DNA of 64,000 bases from assembly GCF_009914755.1 (NCBI RefSeq), contig NC_060948.1. One strand, 5' to 3'. The notes under the pieces are model-generated. The model did not search any database, was not told the origin of the DNA, and worked only from the letters and a program-made list of their open reading frames with translations. Of the stretch, positions 1-20,054 are shown in pieces. The position numbers and the translations under genes were made by a program. Positions within the stretch are counted from its first letter, which is position 1. Each line of letters opens with the position of its first letter. This DNA comes from the human T2T-CHM13v2.0 reference genome, Homo sapiens.

Positions 1-376
1 CTAGATAAATATGTAATTCTATATATTTTCATTTATAATATGTAGAATTATATAATCATATATTATTATTTATATTCTAAAAAAATTTTATCATTATATA
101 AATTATAATATATAAAAATTATAATATGTACTACAAATATATATATTATATATCATATATGCTATAGTACCTTTGTTATATATCATAATACATATAAATG
201 TGTATTATGTTATCTATAATTATATAATTTCATATATAAGTTGTATAATATGTATCATATATTATATATGTTATGTAATATATATAGTATATATAAGATG
301 ACACAGGATAAATATTATATACTATGACATATAAAATATATGAGGTTATATGTTACATATAAGGCATAGCACATAA

Positions 377-691
<315 letters not shown>

Positions 692-1265
692 AGATCCATA
701 TTTTTTAAATGAAAAAAAATTTCAAAGGTACTCTGCTTGGTACAATAATCAAATGTATAAACTGAGGAATAAAACATAACCATGAAACCTACTTATAACT
801 GCATATGGAAAATACAGAGGATAATTTTTTAAATAACATATTTTGAAAGCCTTAACTAGTAATTTGAAGAGTTGGCATTTGAAAGGCCAGTATGAATATA
901 CCTTCAAAGCAGCAACACAGGTTCCCCATGAGAAAAAGCAAACACAGGGAAAATAAAAACACAAAGGTTCAATCTCTTCTGACCTTTGAAAGACACAGCA
1001 CAGACAGTGGTCCTTAGGACGAAGAGCAGGAGACCCCTAATTCCGTCACCATGGCGATAGGGCATAAACATTGCTGGGTGAGGGCACAATCCACATTGTG
1101 AGGTCCAACTGCTGCCAGGAAGACAGGAGTGCTTTTACATAGACCGAAAGGTCATTGAAGGCTCAGAGTTTTCTTTCAAGAACTGAATCCCAAGCCCACA
1201 CGTTATTAGGCTGCGCTTCTTAAAACAAGTTATGAGATGGGAAAAAGGGCACCCACAAACATACG
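692..1265. repeat. HSATI-type non-Alu segment of the DYZ2 unit (representative; follows every Alu, last copy 63633-64000 truncated by the window)
   Basis: ~570 bp of complex sequence between the Alu 5' end and the start of the TA block. The name comes from known DYZ2 composition; boundaries are approximate. Confidence 0.75.
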
Positions 1266-3110
<1,845 letters not shown>

Positions 3111-5214
3111 AGATCCATATTTTTTAAATGAAAAAAAATTTCAAAGGTACTCTGCTTGGTACAATAATCAAATGTATAAACTGAGGAATAAAACATAACC
3201 ATGAAACCTACTTATAACTGCATATGGAAAATACAGAGGATAATTTTTTAAATAACATATTTTGAAAGCCTTAACTAGTAATTTGAAGAGTTGGCATTTG
3301 AAAGGCCAGTATGAATATACCTTCAAAGCAGCAACACAGGTTCCCCATGAGAAAAAGCAAACACAGGGAAAATAAAAACACAAAGGTTCAATCTCTTCTG
3401 ACCTTTGAAAGACACAGCACAGACAGTGGTCCTTAGGACGAAGAGCAGGAGACCCCACTTCCGTCACCATGGCGATAGGGCATAAACATTGCTGGGTGAG
3501 GGCACAATCCACATTGTGAGGTCCAACTGCTGCCAGGAAGACAGGAGTGCTTTTACATAGACCGAAAGGTCATTGAAGGCTCAGAGTTTTGTTTCAAGAA
3601 CTGAATCCCAAGCCCACACGTTATTAGGCTGCGCTTCTTAAAACAAGTTATGAGATGGGAAAAAGGGCACCCACAAACATACGTATACATTATGTATATA
3701 ATAATATACTGTATCATATATATAATATATATAACCTATGTATAATATTGTTTTACATCCTGCATCTTATGTTATATATATTGTATAAAATATAATAATT
3801 GATAATATATAAGTTTTATAATTATACAATATGACATATAGTATATATTATAATTTATGACATATATAATATATGTTATATATCATATATAGAATATATT
3901 ATACGGTTAATATACGTATTAAATATAAATTATACCTTATATATATTATATATAATATATCTGTTATATATAATACCCATTATGCATAATATATATATTA
4001 TGTCTATGTTATATATAGTATAAAACAACATATAATAATATATAATTGTATATATAAAATGCGACATATAATATATATTATATTTTATAACATATGTAAT
4101 ATATATCATATATTATATATAATACGTTGTATGTATAATACCTATATTAAATATATATTATATGACTATGTTATTAATTACATGTCACATGTGTTATATA
4201 TTATATATTTTACATAGAATATACCGGTTACATACAATATATACTATGTTACCTATAATGTATAATTGATTACATGTAAAATAAAGAATGCAATATATTA
4301 TGTATAATTTATAATATACAATATGTGGAATGTGACATATGTAACATATAATATATGATATATGATATACAGTATATGATATATAACATACAATATATGA
4401 TTCCTAATATATATGGTATACAATATATATTTTATGATATGTATTCTATATGTTTTATATTCTGTTATATATAACTATTTGAAATTATATATAACTGTAT
4501 AATATTTTATGTAAATATGTAATATAATATATATAACTATATAATATATTATATATAACTATATATTATGTTATATATACTTTTATAACATAATTTACAT
4601 AAAATATCATAATATAATATATATTATATTATTTCATATTACATAATATATATTACATATCACCCAATATAACTAACATACATAATATTATAATATAGAT
4701 TATATTATGTTATATTAAATATCATATATATCATGTATCATATATTCTATAATATATATTACACATTATATAATATGTATGTTGTCTATTACGTGATATA
4801 TATAACTCAATATATAATTATATTTTTATACATATAACTAGATAAACATGTAATTCTACATATTTTCATTTATAATATGTAGAATTATATAATCATATAT
4901 AATTATTTATATTCTATAAAAAATTTTATCATTATATAAATTATAATATATAAAAATTATAATATGTACTACAAATATATATATTATATATCATATATGA
5001 TATAGTACCTTTGTTATATATCATAATACATATAAATGTGTATTATGTTATCTATAATTATATAATTTCATATATAAGATGTATAATATGTATCATATAT
5101 TATATATGTTATGTAATATATATAGTATATATAAGATGACACAGGATAAATATTATATACTATGACATATAAAATATATGAGGTTATATGTTACATATAA
5201 GGCATAGCACATAA

Positions 5215-5529
<315 letters not shown>

Positions 5530-7657
5530 AGATCCATATTTTGTAAATGAAAAAAAATTTCAAAGGTACTCTGCTTGGTACAATAATCAAATGTATAAAC
5601 TGAGGAATAAAACATAACCATGAAACCTACTTATAACTGCATATGGAAAATACAGAGGATAATTTTTTAAATAACATATTTTGAAAGCCTTAACTAGTAA
5701 TTTGAAGAGTTGGCATTTGAAAGGCCAGTATGAATATACCTTCAAAGCAGCAACACAGGTTCCCCATGAGAAAAAGCAAACACAGGGAAAATAAAAACAC
5801 AAAGGTTCAATCTCTTCTGACCTTTGAAAGACACAGCACAGACAGTGGTCCTTAGGACGAAGAGCAGGAGACCCCTAATTCCGTCACCATGGCGATAGGG
5901 CATAAACATTGCTGGGTGAGGGCACAATCCACATTGTGAGGTCCAACTGCTGCCAGGAAGACAGGAGTGCTTTTACATAGACCGAAAGGTCATTGAAGGC
6001 TCAGAGTTTTGTTTCAAGAACTGAATCCCAAGCCCACACGTTATTAGGCTGCGCTTCTTAAAACAAGTTATGAGATGGGAAAAAGGGCACCCACAAACAT
6101 ACGTATACATTATGTATATAATAATATACAGTATCATATATATAATATATATAACCTATGTATAATATTGTTTTACATCCTGCATCTTATGTTATATATA
6201 TTGTATAAAATATAATAATTGATAATATATAAGTTTTATAATTATACAATATGACATATAGTATATATTATAATTGATGACATATATAATATATGTTATA
6301 TATCATATATAGAGTATATTATACGGTTAATATACGTATTAAATATAAATTATACCTTATACATATTATATATAATATATCTGTTATATATAATACCCAT
6401 TATGCATAATATATATATTATGTCTATGTTATATATAGTATAAAACAACATATAATAATATATAATTGTATATATAAAATGCGACATATAATATATATTA
6501 TATTTTATAACATATGTAATATATATCATATATTATATATAATACGTTGTATGTATAATACCTATATTAAATATATATTATATGACTATGTTATTAATTA
6601 CATGTCACATGTGTTATATATTATATATTTTACATAGAATATACCGGTTACATACAATATATACTATGTTACCTATAATGTATAATTTATTACATGTAAA
6701 ATAAAGAATGCAATATATTATGTATAATTTATAATATACAATATGTGGAATGTGACATATGTAACATATAATATATGATATATGATATACAGTATATGAT
6801 ATATAACATACAATATATGATTCCTAATATATATGGTATACAATATATATTTTATGATATGTATTCTATATGTTTTATATTCTGTTATATATAACTATTT
6901 GAAATTATATATAACTGTATAATATTTTATGTAAATATGTAATATAATATATATAACTATATAATATATTATATATAACTATATATTATGTTATATATAC
7001 TTTTATAACATAATTTACATAAAATATCATAATATAATATATATTATATTATTTCATATTACATAATATATATTACATATCACCCAATATAACTAACATA
7101 CATAATATTATAATATAGATTATATTATGTTATATTAAATATCATATATATCATGTATCATATATTCTATAATATATATTACACATTATATAATATGTAT
7201 GTTGTCTATTACGTGATATATATAACTCAATATATAATTATATTTTTATACATATAACTAGATAAACATGTAATTCTACATATTTTCATTTATAATATGT
7301 AGAATTATATAATCATATATAATTATTTATATTCTATAAAAAATTTTATCATTATATAAATTATAATATATAAAAATTATAATATGTACTACAAATATAT
7401 ATATTATATATCATATATGATATAGTACCTTTGTTATATATCATAATACATATAAATGTGTATTATGTTATCTATAATTATATAATTTCATATATAAGAT
7501 GTATAATATGTATCATATATTATATATGTTATGTAATATATATAGTATATATAAGATGACACAGGATAAATATTATATACTATGACATATAAAATATATG
7601 AGGTTATATGTTACATATAAGGCATAGCACATAACATGTAATATATATCATATATAA

Positions 7658-7949
7658 TTTTTTTTTAGACAGAATCTTGTCCTGTTGCACAGTGTGGGGT
7701 ACAATGGCGCCATCTTTGCTCACTGCAACTTCTGCCTCACGGGTCCAAGTGATTGTCCTCCCTCAGCCTCCCAGGTAGCTGGGACTACCCCACACTGGGA
7801 CTACACCAGCTGCCACAATGCCTAGCTAATTTTTTGGATTTTTAGTAGTGACAGCGTTTCACTGTATTGGCCAGGATGGTCTTGATCTCTTCACCTTGTG
7901 ATCCCCTTGCCTTGGCCTCCAAATTTGCTGGGATTACAGGCCTGAGCCA
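7658..7949 (-). mobile_element. Alu, unit 4
   Basis: Copy of 400-691; same haplotype as unit 3 plus private G>T at 7693. Confidence 0.93.
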
Positions 7950-10078
7950 AGATCCATATTTTTTAAATAAAAAAAATTTCAAAGGTACTCTGCTTGGTAC
8001 AATAATCAAATGTATAAACTGAGGAATAAAACATAACCATGAAACCTACTTATAACTGCATATGGAAAATACAGAGGATAATTTTTTAAATAACATATTT
8101 TGAAAGCCTTAACTAGTAATTTGAAGAGTTGGCATTTGAAAGGCCAGTATGAATATACCTTCAAAGCAGCAACACAGGTTCCCCATGAGAAAAAGCAAAC
8201 ACAGGGAAAATAAAAACACAAAGGTTCAATCTCTTCTGACCTTTGAAAGACACAGCACAGACAGTGGTCCTTAGGACGAAGAGCAGGAGACCCCTAATTC
8301 CGTCACCATGGCGATAGGGCATAAACATTGCTGGGTGAGGGCACAATCCACATTGTGAGGTCCAACTGCTGCCAGGAAGACAGGAGTGCTTTTACATAGA
8401 CCGAAAGGTCATTGAAGGCTCAGAGTTTTGTTTCAAGAACTGAATCCCAAGCCCACACGTTATTAGGCTGCGCTTCTTAAAACAAGTTATGAGATGGGAA
8501 AAAGGGCACCCACAAACATACGTATACATTATGTATATAATAATATACAGTATCATATATATAATATATATAACCTATGTATAATATTGTTTTACATCCT
8601 GCATCTTATGTTATATATATTGTATAAAATATAATAATTGATAATATATAAGTTTTATAATTATACAATATGACATATAGTATATATTATAATTGATGAC
8701 ATATATAATATATGTTATATATCATATATAGAGTATATTATACGGTTAATATACGTATTAAATATAAATTATACCTTATACATATTATATATAATATATC
8801 TGTTATATATAATACCCATTATGCATAATATATATATTATGTCTATGTTATATATAGTATAAAACAACATATAATAATATATAATTGTATATATAAAATG
8901 CGACATATAATATATATTATATTTTATAACATATGTAATATATATCATATATTATATATAATACGTTGTATGTATAATACCTATATTAAATATATATTAT
9001 ATGACTATGTTATTAATTACATGTCACATGTGTTATATATTATATATTTTACATAGAATATACCGGTTACATACAATATATACTATGTTACCTATAATGT
9101 ATAATTTATTACATGTAAAATAAAGAATGCAATATATTATGTATAATTTATAATATACAATATGTGGAATGTGACATATGTAACATATAATATATGATAT
9201 ATGATATACAGTATATGATATATAACATACAATATATGATTCCTAATATATATGGTATACAATATATATTTTATGATATGTATTCTATATGTTTTATATT
9301 CTGTTATATATAACTATTTGAAATTATATATAACTGTATAATATTTTATGTAAATATGTAATATAATATATATAACTATATAATATATTATATATAACTA
9401 TATATTATGTTATATATACTTTTATAACATAATTTACATAAAATATCATAATATAATATATATTATATTATTTCATATTACATAATATATATTACATATC
9501 ACCCAATATAACTAACATACATAATATTATAATATAGATTATATTATGTTATATTAAATATCATATATATCATGTATCATATATTCTATAATATATATTA
9601 CACATTATATAATATGTATGTTGTCTATTATGTGATATATATAACTATATATATAATTATATTTTTATACATATAACTAGATAAACATGTAATTCTACAT
9701 ATTTTCATTTGTAATATGTAGAATTATATAATCATATATAATTATTTATATTCTATAAAAAATTTTATCATTATATAAATTATAATATATAAAAATTATA
9801 ATATGTACTACAAATATATATATATTATATATCATATATGATATAGTACCTTTGTTATATATCATAATACATATAAATGTGTATTATGTTATCTATAATT
9901 ATATAATTTCATATACAAGATGTATAATATGTATCATATATTATATATGTTATGTAATATATATAGTATATATAAGATGACACAGGATAAATATTATATA
10001 CTATGACATATAAAATATATGAGGTTATATGTTACATATAAGGCATAGCACATAACATGTAATATATATCATATATAA

Positions 10079-10370
10079 TTTTTTTTTAGACAGAATCTTG
10101 TCCTGTTGCACAGGGTGGGGTACAATGGCGCCATCTTTCCTCACTGCAACTTCTGCCTCACGGGTCCAAGCGATTGTCCTCCCTCAGCCTCCCAGGTAGC
10201 TGGGACTACACCACACTGGGACTACACCAGCTGCCACCATGCCTTGCTAATTTTTTGGATTTTTAGTAGTGACAGCGTTTCACTGTATTGGCCAGGATGG
10301 TCTTGATCTCTTCACCTTGTGATCCCCTTGCCTTGGCCTCCAAATTTGCTGGGATTACAGGCCTGAGCCA
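10079..10370 (-). mobile_element. Alu, unit 5
   Basis: Copy of 400-691; CTTTCC and GCCTTGCT variants. Confidence 0.93.
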
Positions 10371-12475
10371 AGATCCGTATTTTTTAAATGAAAAAAAATT
10401 TCAAAGGTACTCTGCTTGGTACAATAATCAAATGTATAAACTGAGGAATAAAACATAACCATGAAACCTACTTATAACTGCATATGGAAAATACAGAGGA
10501 TAATTTTTTAAATAACATATTTTGAAAGCCTTAACTAGTAATTTGAAGAGTTGGCATTTGAAAGGCCAGTATGAATATACCTTCAAAGCAGCAACACAGG
10601 TTCCCCATGAGAAAAAGCAAACACAGGGAAAATAAAAACACAAAGGTTCAATCTCTTCTGACCTTTGAAAGACACAGCACAGACAGTGGTCCTTAGGACG
10701 AAGAGCAGGAGACCCCTAATTCCGTCACCATGGCGATAGGGCATAAACATTGCTGGGTGAGGGCACAATCCACATTGTGAGGTCCAACTGCTGCCAGGAA
10801 GACAGGAGTGCTTTTACATAGACCGAAAGGTCATTGAAGGCTCAGAGTTTTGTTTCAAGAACTGAATCCCAAGCCCACACGTTATTAGGCTGCGCTTCTT
10901 AAAACAAGTTATGAGATGGGAAAAAGGGCACCCACAAACATACGTATACATTATGTATATAATAATATACAGTATCATATATATAATATATATAACCTAT
11001 GTATAATATTGTTTTACATCCTGCATCTTATGTTATATATATTGTATAAAATATAATAATTGATAATATATAAGTTTTATAATTATACAATATGACATAT
11101 AGTATATATTATAATTTATGACATATATAATATATGTTATATGTCATATATAGAATATATTATACGGTTAATATACGTATTAAATATAAATTATACATTA
11201 TATATATTATATATAATATATCTGTTATATATAATACCCATTATGCATAATATATATATTATGTCTATGTTATATATAGTATAAAACAACATATAATAAT
11301 ATATAATTGTATATATAAAATGCGACATATAATATATATTATATTTTATAACATATGTAATATATATCATATATTATATATAATACGTTGTATGTATAAT
11401 ACCTATATTAAATATATATTATATGACTATGTTATTAATTACATGTCACATGTGTTATATATTATATATTTTACATAGAATATACCGGTTACATACAATA
11501 TATACTATGTTACCTATAATGTATAATTGATTACATGTAAAATAAAGAATGCAATATATTATGTATAATTTATAATATACAATATGTGGAATGTGACATA
11601 TGTAACATATAATATATGATATATGATATACAGTATATGATATATAACATACAATATATGATTCCTAATATATATGGTATACAATATATATTTTATGATA
11701 TGTATTCTATATGTTTTATATTCTGTTATATATAACTATTTGAAATTATATATAACTGTATAATATTTTATGTAAATATGTAATATAATATATATAACTA
11801 TATAATATATTATATATAACTATATATTATGTTATATATACTTTTATAACATAATTTACATAAAATATCATAATATAATATATATTATATTATTTCATAT
11901 TACATAATATATATTACATATCACCCAATATAACTAACATACATAATATTATAATATAGATTATATTATGTTATATTAAATATCATATATATCATGTATC
12001 ATATATTCTATAATATATATTACACATTATATAATATGTATGTTGTCTATTATGTGATATATATAACTATATATATAATTATATTTTTATACATATAACT
12101 AGATAAACATGTAATTCTACATATTTTCATTTGTAATATGTAGAATTATATAATCATATATAATTATTTATATTCTATAAAAAATTTTATCATTATATAA
12201 ATTATAATATATAAAAATTATAATATGTACTACATATATATATATTATATATCATATATGATATAGTACCTTTGTTATATATCATAATACATATAAATGT
12301 GTATTATGTTATCTATAATTATATAATTTCATATATAAGATGTATAATATGTATCATATATTATATATGTTATGTAATATATATAGTATATATAAGATGA
12401 CACAGGATAAATATTATATACTATGACATATAAAATATATGAGGTTATATGTTACATATAAGGCATAGCACATAA

Positions 12476-12790
<315 letters not shown>

Positions 12791-14897
12791 AGATCCGTAT
12801 TTTTTAAATGAAAAAAAATTTCAAAGGTACTCTGCTTGGTACAATAATCAAATGTATAAACTGAGGAATAAAACATAACCATGAAACCTACTTATAACTG
12901 CATATGGAAAATACAGAGGATAATTTTTTAAATAACATATTTTGAAAGCCTTAACTAGTAATTTGAAGAGTTGGCATTTGAAAGGCCAGTATGAATATAC
13001 CTTCAAAGCAGCAACACAGGTTCCCCATGAGAAAAAGCAAACACAGGGAAAATAAAAACACAAAGGTTCAATCTCTTCTGACCTTTGAAAGACACAGCAC
13101 AGACAGTGGTCCTTAGGACGAAGAGCAGGAGACCCCTAATTCCGTCACCATGGCGATAGGGCATAAACATTGCTGGGTGAGGGCACAATCCACATTGTGA
13201 GGTCCAACTGCTGCCAGGAAGACAGGAGTGCTTTTACATAGACCGAAAGGTCATTGAAGGCTCAGAGTTTTGTTTCAAGAACTGAATCCCAAGCCCACAC
13301 GTTATTAGGCTGCGCTTCTTAAAACAAGTTATGAGATGGGAAAAAGGGCACCCACAAACATACGTATACATTATGTATATAATAATATACAGTATCATAT
13401 ATATAATATATATAACCTATGTATAATATTGTTTTACATCCTGCATCTTATGTTATATATATTGTATAAAATATAATAATTGATAATATATAAGTTTTAT
13501 AATTATACAATATGACATATAGTATATATTATAATTTATGACATATATAATATATGTTATATGTCATATATAGAATATATTATACGGTTAATATACGTAT
13601 TAAATATAAATTATACATTATATATATTATATATAATATATCTGTTATATATAATACCCATTATGCATAATATATATATTATGTCTATGTTATATATAGT
13701 ATAAAACAACATATAATAATATATAATTGTATATATAAAATGCGACATATAATATATATTATATTTTATAACATATGTAATATATATCATATATTATATA
13801 TAATACGTTGTATGTATAATACCTATATTAAATATATATTATATGACTATGTTATTAATTACATGTCACATGTGTTATATATTATATATTTTACATAGAA
13901 TATACCGGTTACATACAATATATACTATGTTACCTATAATGTATAATTGATTACATGTAAAATAAAGAATGCAATATATTATGTAAAATTTATAATATAC
14001 AATATGTGGAATGTGACATATGTAACATATAATATATGATATATGATATACAGTATATGATATATAACATACAATATATGATTCCTAATATATATGGTAT
14101 ACAATATATATTTTATGATATGTATTCTATATGTTTTATATTCTGTTATATATAACTATTTGAAATTATATATAACTGTATAATATTTTATGTAAATATG
14201 TAATATAATATATATAACTATATAATATATTATATATAACTATATATTATGTTATATATACTTTTATAACATAATTTACATAAAATATCATAATATAATA
14301 TATATTATATTTTTTCATATTACATAATATATATTACATATCACCCAATATAACTAACATACATAATATTATAATATAGATTATATTATGTTATATTAAA
14401 TATCATATATATCATGTATCATATATTCTATAATATATATTACACATTATATAATATGTATGTTGTCTATTATGTGATATATATAACTATATATATAATT
14501 ATATTTTTATACATATAACTAGATAAACATGTAATTCTACATATTTTCATTTGTAATATGTAGAATTATATAATCATATATAATTATTTATATTCTATAA
14601 AAAATTTTATCATTATATAAATTATAATATATAAAAATTATAATATGTACTACAAATATATATATATTATATATCATATATGATATAGTACCTTTGTTAT
14701 ATATCATAATACATATAAATGTGTATTATGTTATCTATAATTATATAATTTCATATATAAGATGTATAATATGTATCATATATTATATATGTTATGTAAT
14801 ATATATAGTATATATAAGATGACACAGGATAAATATTATATACTATGACATATAAAATATATGAGGTTATATGTTACATATAAGGCATAGCACATAA

Positions 14898-15212
<315 letters not shown>

Positions 15213-17342
15213 AGATCCGTATTTTTTAAATGAAAAAAAATTTCAAAGGTACTCTGCTTGGTACAATAATCAAATGTATAAACTGAGGAATAAAACATAA
15301 CCATGAAACCTACTTATAACTGCATATGGAAAATACAGAGGATAATTTTTTAAATAACATATTTTGAAAGCCTTAACTAGTAATTTGAAGAGTTGGCATT
15401 TGAAAGGCCAGTATGAATATACCTTCAAAGCAGCAACACAGGTTCCCCATGAGAAAAAGCAAACACAGGGAAAATAAAAACACAAAGGTTCAATCTCTTC
15501 TGACCTTTGAAAGACACAGCACAGACAGTGGTCCTTAGGACGAAGAGCAGGAGACCCCTAATTCCGTCACCATGGCGATAGGGCATAAACATTGCTGGGT
15601 GAGGGCACAATCCACATTGTGAGGTCCAACTGCTGCCAGGAAGACAGGAGTGCTTTTACATAGACCGAAAGGTCATTGAAGGCTCAGAGTTTTGTTTCAA
15701 GAACTGAATCCCAAGCCCACACGTTATTAGGCTGCGCTTCTTAAAACAAGTTATGAGATGGGAAAAAGGGCACCCACAAACATACGTATACATTATGTAT
15801 ATAATAATATACAGTATCATATATATAATATATATAACCTATGTATAATATTGTTTTACATCCTGCATCTTATGTTATATATATTGTATAAAATATAATA
15901 ATTGATAATATATAAGTTTTATAATTATACAATATGACATATAGTATATATTATAATTTATGACATATATAATATATGTTATATGTCATATATAGAATAT
16001 ATTATACGGTTAATATACGTATTAAATATAAATTATACATTATATATATTATATATAATATATCTGTTATATATAATACCCATTATGCATAATATATATA
16101 TTATGTCTATGTTATATATAGTATAAAACAACATATAATAATATATAATTGTGTATATAAAATGCGACATATAATATATATTATATTTTATAACATATGT
16201 AATATATATTATATATTATATATAATACGTTGTATGTATAATACCTATATTAAATATATATTATATGACTATGTTATTAATTACATGTCACATGTGTTAT
16301 ATATTATATATTTTACATAGAATATACCGGTTACATACAATATATACTATGTTACCTATAATGTATAATTGATTACATGTAAAATAAAGAATGCAATATA
16401 TTATGTAAAATTTATAATATACAATATGTGGAATGTGACATATGTAACATATAATATATGATATATGATATACAGTATATGATATATAACATACAATATA
16501 TGATTCCTAATATATATGGTATACAATATATATTTTATGATATGTATTCTATATGTTTTATATTCTGTTATATATAACTATTTGAAATTATATATAACTG
16601 TATAATATTTTATGTAAATATGTAATATAATATATATAACTATATAATATATTATATATAACTATATATTATGTTATATATACTTTTATAACATAATTTA
16701 CATAAAATATCATAATATAATATATATTATATTTTTTCATATTACATAATATATATTACATATCACCCAATATAACTAACATACATAATATTATAATATA
16801 GATTATATTATGTTATATTAAATATCATATATATCATGTATCATATATTCTATAATATATATTACACATTATATAATATGTATGTTGTCTATTATGTGAT
16901 ATATATAACTATGTATATAATTATATTTTTATACATATAACTAGATAAACATGTAATTCTACATATTTTCATTTGTAATATGTAGAATTATATAATCATA
17001 TATAATTATTTATATTCTATATAAAATTTTATCATTATATAAATTATAATATATAAAAATTATAATATGTACTACAAATATATATATATTATATATCATA
17101 TATGATATAGTACCTTTGTTATATATCATAATACATATAAATGTGTATTATGTTATCTATAATTATATAATTTCATATATAAGATGTATAATATGTATCA
17201 TATATTATATATGTTATGTAATATATATAGTATATATAAGATGACACAGGATAAATATTATATACTATGACATATAAAATATATGAGGTTATATGTTACA
17301 TATAAGGCATAGCACATAACATGTAATATATATCATATATAA

Positions 17343-17634
17343 TTTTTTTTTAGACAGAATCTTGTCCTGTTGCACAGGGTGGGGTACAATGGCGCCATCT
17401 TTGCTGACTGCAAATTCTGCCTCACGGGTCCAAGCGATTGTCCTCCCTCAGCCTCCCAGGTAGCTGGGACTACACCACACTGGGACTACACCAGCTGCCA
17501 CCATGCCTAGCTAATTTTTTGGATTTTTAGTAGTGACAGCGTTTCACTGTATTGGCCAGGATGGTCTTGATCTCTTCACCTTGTGATCCCCTTGCCTTGG
17601 CCTCCAAATTTGCTGGGATTACAGGCCTGAGCCA
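17343..17634 (-). mobile_element. Alu, unit 8
   Basis: Copy of 400-691; private GCTGACTGCAAATT. Confidence 0.93.
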
Positions 17635-19739
17635 AGATCCATATTTTTTAAATGAAAAAAAATTTCAAAGGTACTCTGCTTGGTACAATAATCAAATGTA
17701 TAAACTGAGGAATAAAACATAACCATGAAACCTACTTATAACTGCATATGGAAAATACAGAGGATAATTTTTTAAATAACATATTTTGAAAGCCTTAACT
17801 AGTAATTTGAAGAGTTGGCATTTGAAAGGCCAGTATGAATATACCTTCAAAGCAGCAACACAGGTTCCCCATGAGAAAAAGCAAACACAGGGAAAATAAA
17901 AACACAAAGGTTCAATCTCTTCTGACCTTTGAAAGACACAGCACAGACAGTGGTCCTTAGGACGAAGAGCAGGAGACCCCTAATTCCGTCACCATGGCGA
18001 TAGGGCATAAACATTGCTGGGTGAGGGCACAATCCACATTGTGAGGTCCAACTGCTGCCAGGAAGACAGGAGTGCTTTTACATAGACCGAAAGGTCATTG
18101 AAGGCTCAGAGTTTTGTTTCAAGAACTGAATCCCAAGCCCACACGTTATTAGGCTGCGCTTCTTAAAACAAGTTATGAGATGGGAAAAAGGGCACCCACA
18201 AACATACGTATACATTATGTATATAATAATATACAGTATCATATATATAATATATATAACCTATGTATAATACTGTTTTACATCCTGCATCTTATGTTAT
18301 ATATATTGTATAAAATATAATAATTGATAATATATAAGTTTTATAATTATACAATATGACATATAGTATATATTATAATTTATGACATATATAATATATG
18401 TTATATGTCATATATAGAATATATTATACGGTTAATATACGTATTAAATATAAATTATACATTATATATATTATATACAATATATCTGTTATATATAATA
18501 CCCATTATGCATAATATATATATTATGTCTATGTTATATATAGTATAAAACAACATATAATAATATATAATTGTATATATAAAATGCGACATATAATATA
18601 TATTATATTTTATAACATATGTAATATATATTATATATTATATATAATACGTTGTATGTATAATACCTATATTAAATATATATTATATGACTATGTTATT
18701 AATTACATGTCACATGTGTTATATATTATATATTTTACATAGAATATACCGGTTACATACAATATATACTATGTTACCTATAATGTATAATTTATTACAT
18801 GTAAAATAAAGAATGCAATATATTATGTATAATTTATAATATACCATATGTGGAATGTGATATATATAACATATAATATATGATATATGATATACAGTAT
18901 ATGATATATAACATACAATATATGATTCCTAATATATATGGTATACAATATATATTTTATGATATGTATTCTATATGTTTTATATTCTGTTATATATAAC
19001 TATTTGAAATTATATATAACTGTATAATATTTTATGTAAATATGTAATACAATATATATAACTATATAATATATTATATATAACTATATATTATGTTATA
19101 TATACTTTTATAACATAATTTACATAAAATATCATAATATAATATATATTATATTATTTCATATTACATAATATATATTACATATCACCCAATATAACTA
19201 ACATACATAATATTATAAGATAGATTATATTGTGTTATATTAAATATCATATATATCATGTATCATATATTCTATAATATATATTACACATTATATAATA
19301 TGTATGTTGTCTATTATGTGATATATATAACTCAATATATAATTATATTTTTATACATATAACTAGATAAACATGTAATTCTACATATTTTCATTTATAA
19401 TATGTAGAATTATATAATCATATATAATTATTTATATTCTATAAAAAATTTTATCATTATATAAATTATAATATATAAAAATTATAATATGTACTACAAA
19501 TATATATATTATATATCATATATGATATAGTACCTTTGTTATATATCATAATACATATAAATGTGTATTATGTTATCTATAATTATATAATTTCATATAT
19601 AAGATGTATAATATGTATCATATATTATATAAGTTATGTAATATATATAGTATATATAAGATGACACAGGATAAATATTATATACTATGACATATAAAAT
19701 ATATGAGGTTATATGTTACATATAAGGCATAGCACATAA

Positions 19740-20054
<315 letters not shown>

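Noticed and set aside
749-1089. Recurrent 71-aa and 61-aa minus-strand ORFs (MCFYFPCV..., MCPHPAMF...) in nearly every unit
   Set aside because: They are short, overlap each other, begin at non-ATG codons and show no recognisable domain. Their conservation only reflects satellite homogeneity.
3168-3512. 114-aa extended ORF in unit 2
   Set aside because: Created by a private 1-bp deletion (GACCCCACTT) that merges frames in one copy; no evidence of coding function
10106-10306. 66-aa plus-strand ORF in 10 units
   Set aside because: Antisense-Alu translation ([11 protein letters not shown] is typical), opened by a TAG>TTG SNV and starting at TTG; useful only as a haplotype marker
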